Source: the human T2T-CHM13v2.0 reference genome, Homo sapiens
Strand: one strand, 5' to 3'
DNA length: 64,000 nucleotides
Assembly (NCBI RefSeq): GCF_009914755.1
Contig: NC_060926.1
In this document: positions 61,946 to 64,000 of the stretch, in pieces
How positions within the stretch are numbered: position 1 is the first letter of the stretch
How the letters are laid out: each line of letters starts with the position of its first letter
Notes under the pieces: model-generated
Told to the model about the DNA's origin: nothing
What the model saw: only the letters and a program-made list of their open reading frames with translations
Databases searched by the model: none
Program-made: the position numbers and the translations under genes

Positions 61946-62943
61946 TCCCAAAGTAAATTCAGCTCAGTTATTGAGGGGTTTGCTTTGCTTTGTTGTTTTG
62001 TAAGAGATATGAAATAATATTAACTGAAAGATAATCTTCCTGCTCTTGTGTTTACAAACCAACCTGATTAAGATGCCCTCACTAGTTTTGGGCTGTACAA
62101 TTTCATAGAGGCCATGGATGCAAATGTTTGCAAGAGAGTACTATCCATGAGCTATTCAGACAACACACCCAGGAGGATCGGCTTGGGTCATGAGATGACT
62201 TAGACAGGAGGAGAAAAGGATAAGGAATGGTGATATAGCAAAGGACAGCAGTCAATTATCCGAGGGCGTTACTGATGAGGATGGCAATTCCTTGTCATTG
62301 GTCCACTGTTTGCTATGTATTGGAATTTGTATGTAATTTTCTCTAGCTAGCTTTAAAAATAGAATCATCAATGCCTCATGAGACAGACAAAGGAGAGCCT
62401 GCCATGGAATCTAGAGATAAACCTGAACGACCTTTCAAGGTTCCCTTTCTACACCAATATAAAAACACAGAATAAGATACCAGCATTACTCAACAGACCT
62501 GGTTACAATAAGTATGAATTACAATGCAGGAACATATGTCATTTCTTACACAAACAGTGAGGCAGGCTATTTGATATTGCTTTAAGAAATTATGTGGTCA
62601 GCTGAAGCAAGATGACACATGTAAATCTTTTTCATAAATCAAAGTATAAGCTCACAAATTCTCCATATAGATAGCCTCGGGAGGGGCTGCTCTGATGAAA
62701 TTGAAAATGTCTCTTCCATATGTGCAGTTTTAGGCTTTATAACATTTAAAGAAAATATTCTAAAAGATAAAGTTGGCATGTAAAAGCATGGGGAAAGGAA
62801 TCAGCAATGATCAGAGCAAAACAATTCTAGAAGGCATCTTAATTTTCATATGGCTCATTTGCATTTGAAACACTGAGAATTCCTATCTCACTTGTACAAA
62901 ATGTGTACATATTAAATTACTTTGCACTTGAAAGAACATTTTC

Positions 62944-63045
62944 CTAAATGTTTGGAAGGTGATCAAATTTTAACTGGAGGACTTGTTTTCTTCCATCAGG
63001 TGTGGGGGAGATGTGGCTTCCTGGTATGAGAGGCAACAGTTGATT
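62944..63045 (-). CDS. CDKL4: CDKL4 terminal coding exon, NQLLPLIPGSHISPTPDGRKQVLQLKFDHLPNI*
   Basis: Pyrimidine-rich acceptor TTGTCTTGTTCTGCTATTAG ending 63046, 33 codons, then TAG at 62946-62944. The C-terminal ...PNI end is typical of the CDKL1/CDKL4 group, and CDKL4 is the known SOS1 neighbour. Missed by the ORF track because it has no start codon. Confidence 0.88.
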   Translation of the reverse strand, partial: NQLLPLIPGSHISPTPDGRKQVLQLKFDHLPNI

Positions 63046-63312
63046 CTAATAGCAGAACAAGACAACAATAAGAAAGCAAATTGAAAACAATTCCTATTTG
63101 TACAGTTTGATTGAAAGATGATAAGACAAGCAGATACTTATGGTACAAAGATGTCAAAAGACATCAATTTTAAAATTAAGTAGGGTTACCTTTCCAAAAA
63201 TTGAGATTCTCTGATACCTAAAAATTAGGTTCTACTACTTATTCTAGGATACCCATGGATATACTACTATTTATTTCAGTACACTTAATCTGAGTATCTA
63301 GTCAATACTTAA

Positions 63313-63510
<198 letters not shown>

Positions 63511-64000
63511 TAGCTGAGATTACAGGTGTGAGCCACCATGCCCAGCTAATTTTTGTATTTTTGATAAAGACAGAGTTTCATCATGTTGGCCAGGCTGGTC
63601 TTGAACTCCTGACCTCAGGTGATCCACCTGCCTCAGCCTTCCAAAATGCTGGGATTACAGGTGTGGGCCACCCACCTGGCCTCAAATTTTGAATAGCTAG
63701 AATATTGGCAGAATAGCAAAGGCTTAAAACCTCTTTACTATCAAATTTAAACATTATTTAGTCTTAAGGAAACCGCAATGAATGAAAAGACTTTTTTCTG
63801 TAACATTTATTTTCTGATATGGTAAAATATCTAGGATTCAGGTGTGTCTTCTGAAGGAACACCAGAACTTGAAAGGCACCCCTGTCTTTCTCTTGGCCTG
63901 GCTCCCTGGGCACCTCACTTGAAGGAGAGAGCTGTTTAGGACCGGCCTCGTGTAGGTGCTACAGGGGGACCCACCATGCAGAGGTGGATAGAATGCAGTT

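Overview
Human/primate genomic DNA, recognisable as the SOS1-CDKL4 interval (chr2p22). Both genes lie on the minus strand. About 1-7308 is SOS1 intron 1. The first coding exon ([29 protein letters not shown], 7309-7395) sits in a large CpG island (~6700-8350). A second CpG island (~10930-11700) carries a candidate alternative 22-codon first exon derived from an antisense L2 LINE. The last coding exon of CDKL4 (NQLLPL...FDHLPNI*) is at 62944-63045. The ~50 kb between them is very Alu-rich (>70 copies or fragments by manual count). It also holds old L1/L2/MIR pieces, MaLR and MER31 LTRs, the 3' half of an ERVL provirus (integrase, dUTPase, PPT, MLT2 LTR), a Y3 RNA retrocopy and a 3'UTR-only HMGB3 retrocopy. 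Almost all ORFs in the supplied track are Alu-derived or GC-rich noise. I find no wholly new multi-gene system. The best leads are in the SOS1 5' architecture: an in-frame uORF with a single UAG-C stop behind a G-quadruplex, the L2-derived alternative N-terminus, and phase-compatible CDKL4-SOS1 read-through. Gene and repeat names come from recall, not database searches, and repeat boundaries are approximate.
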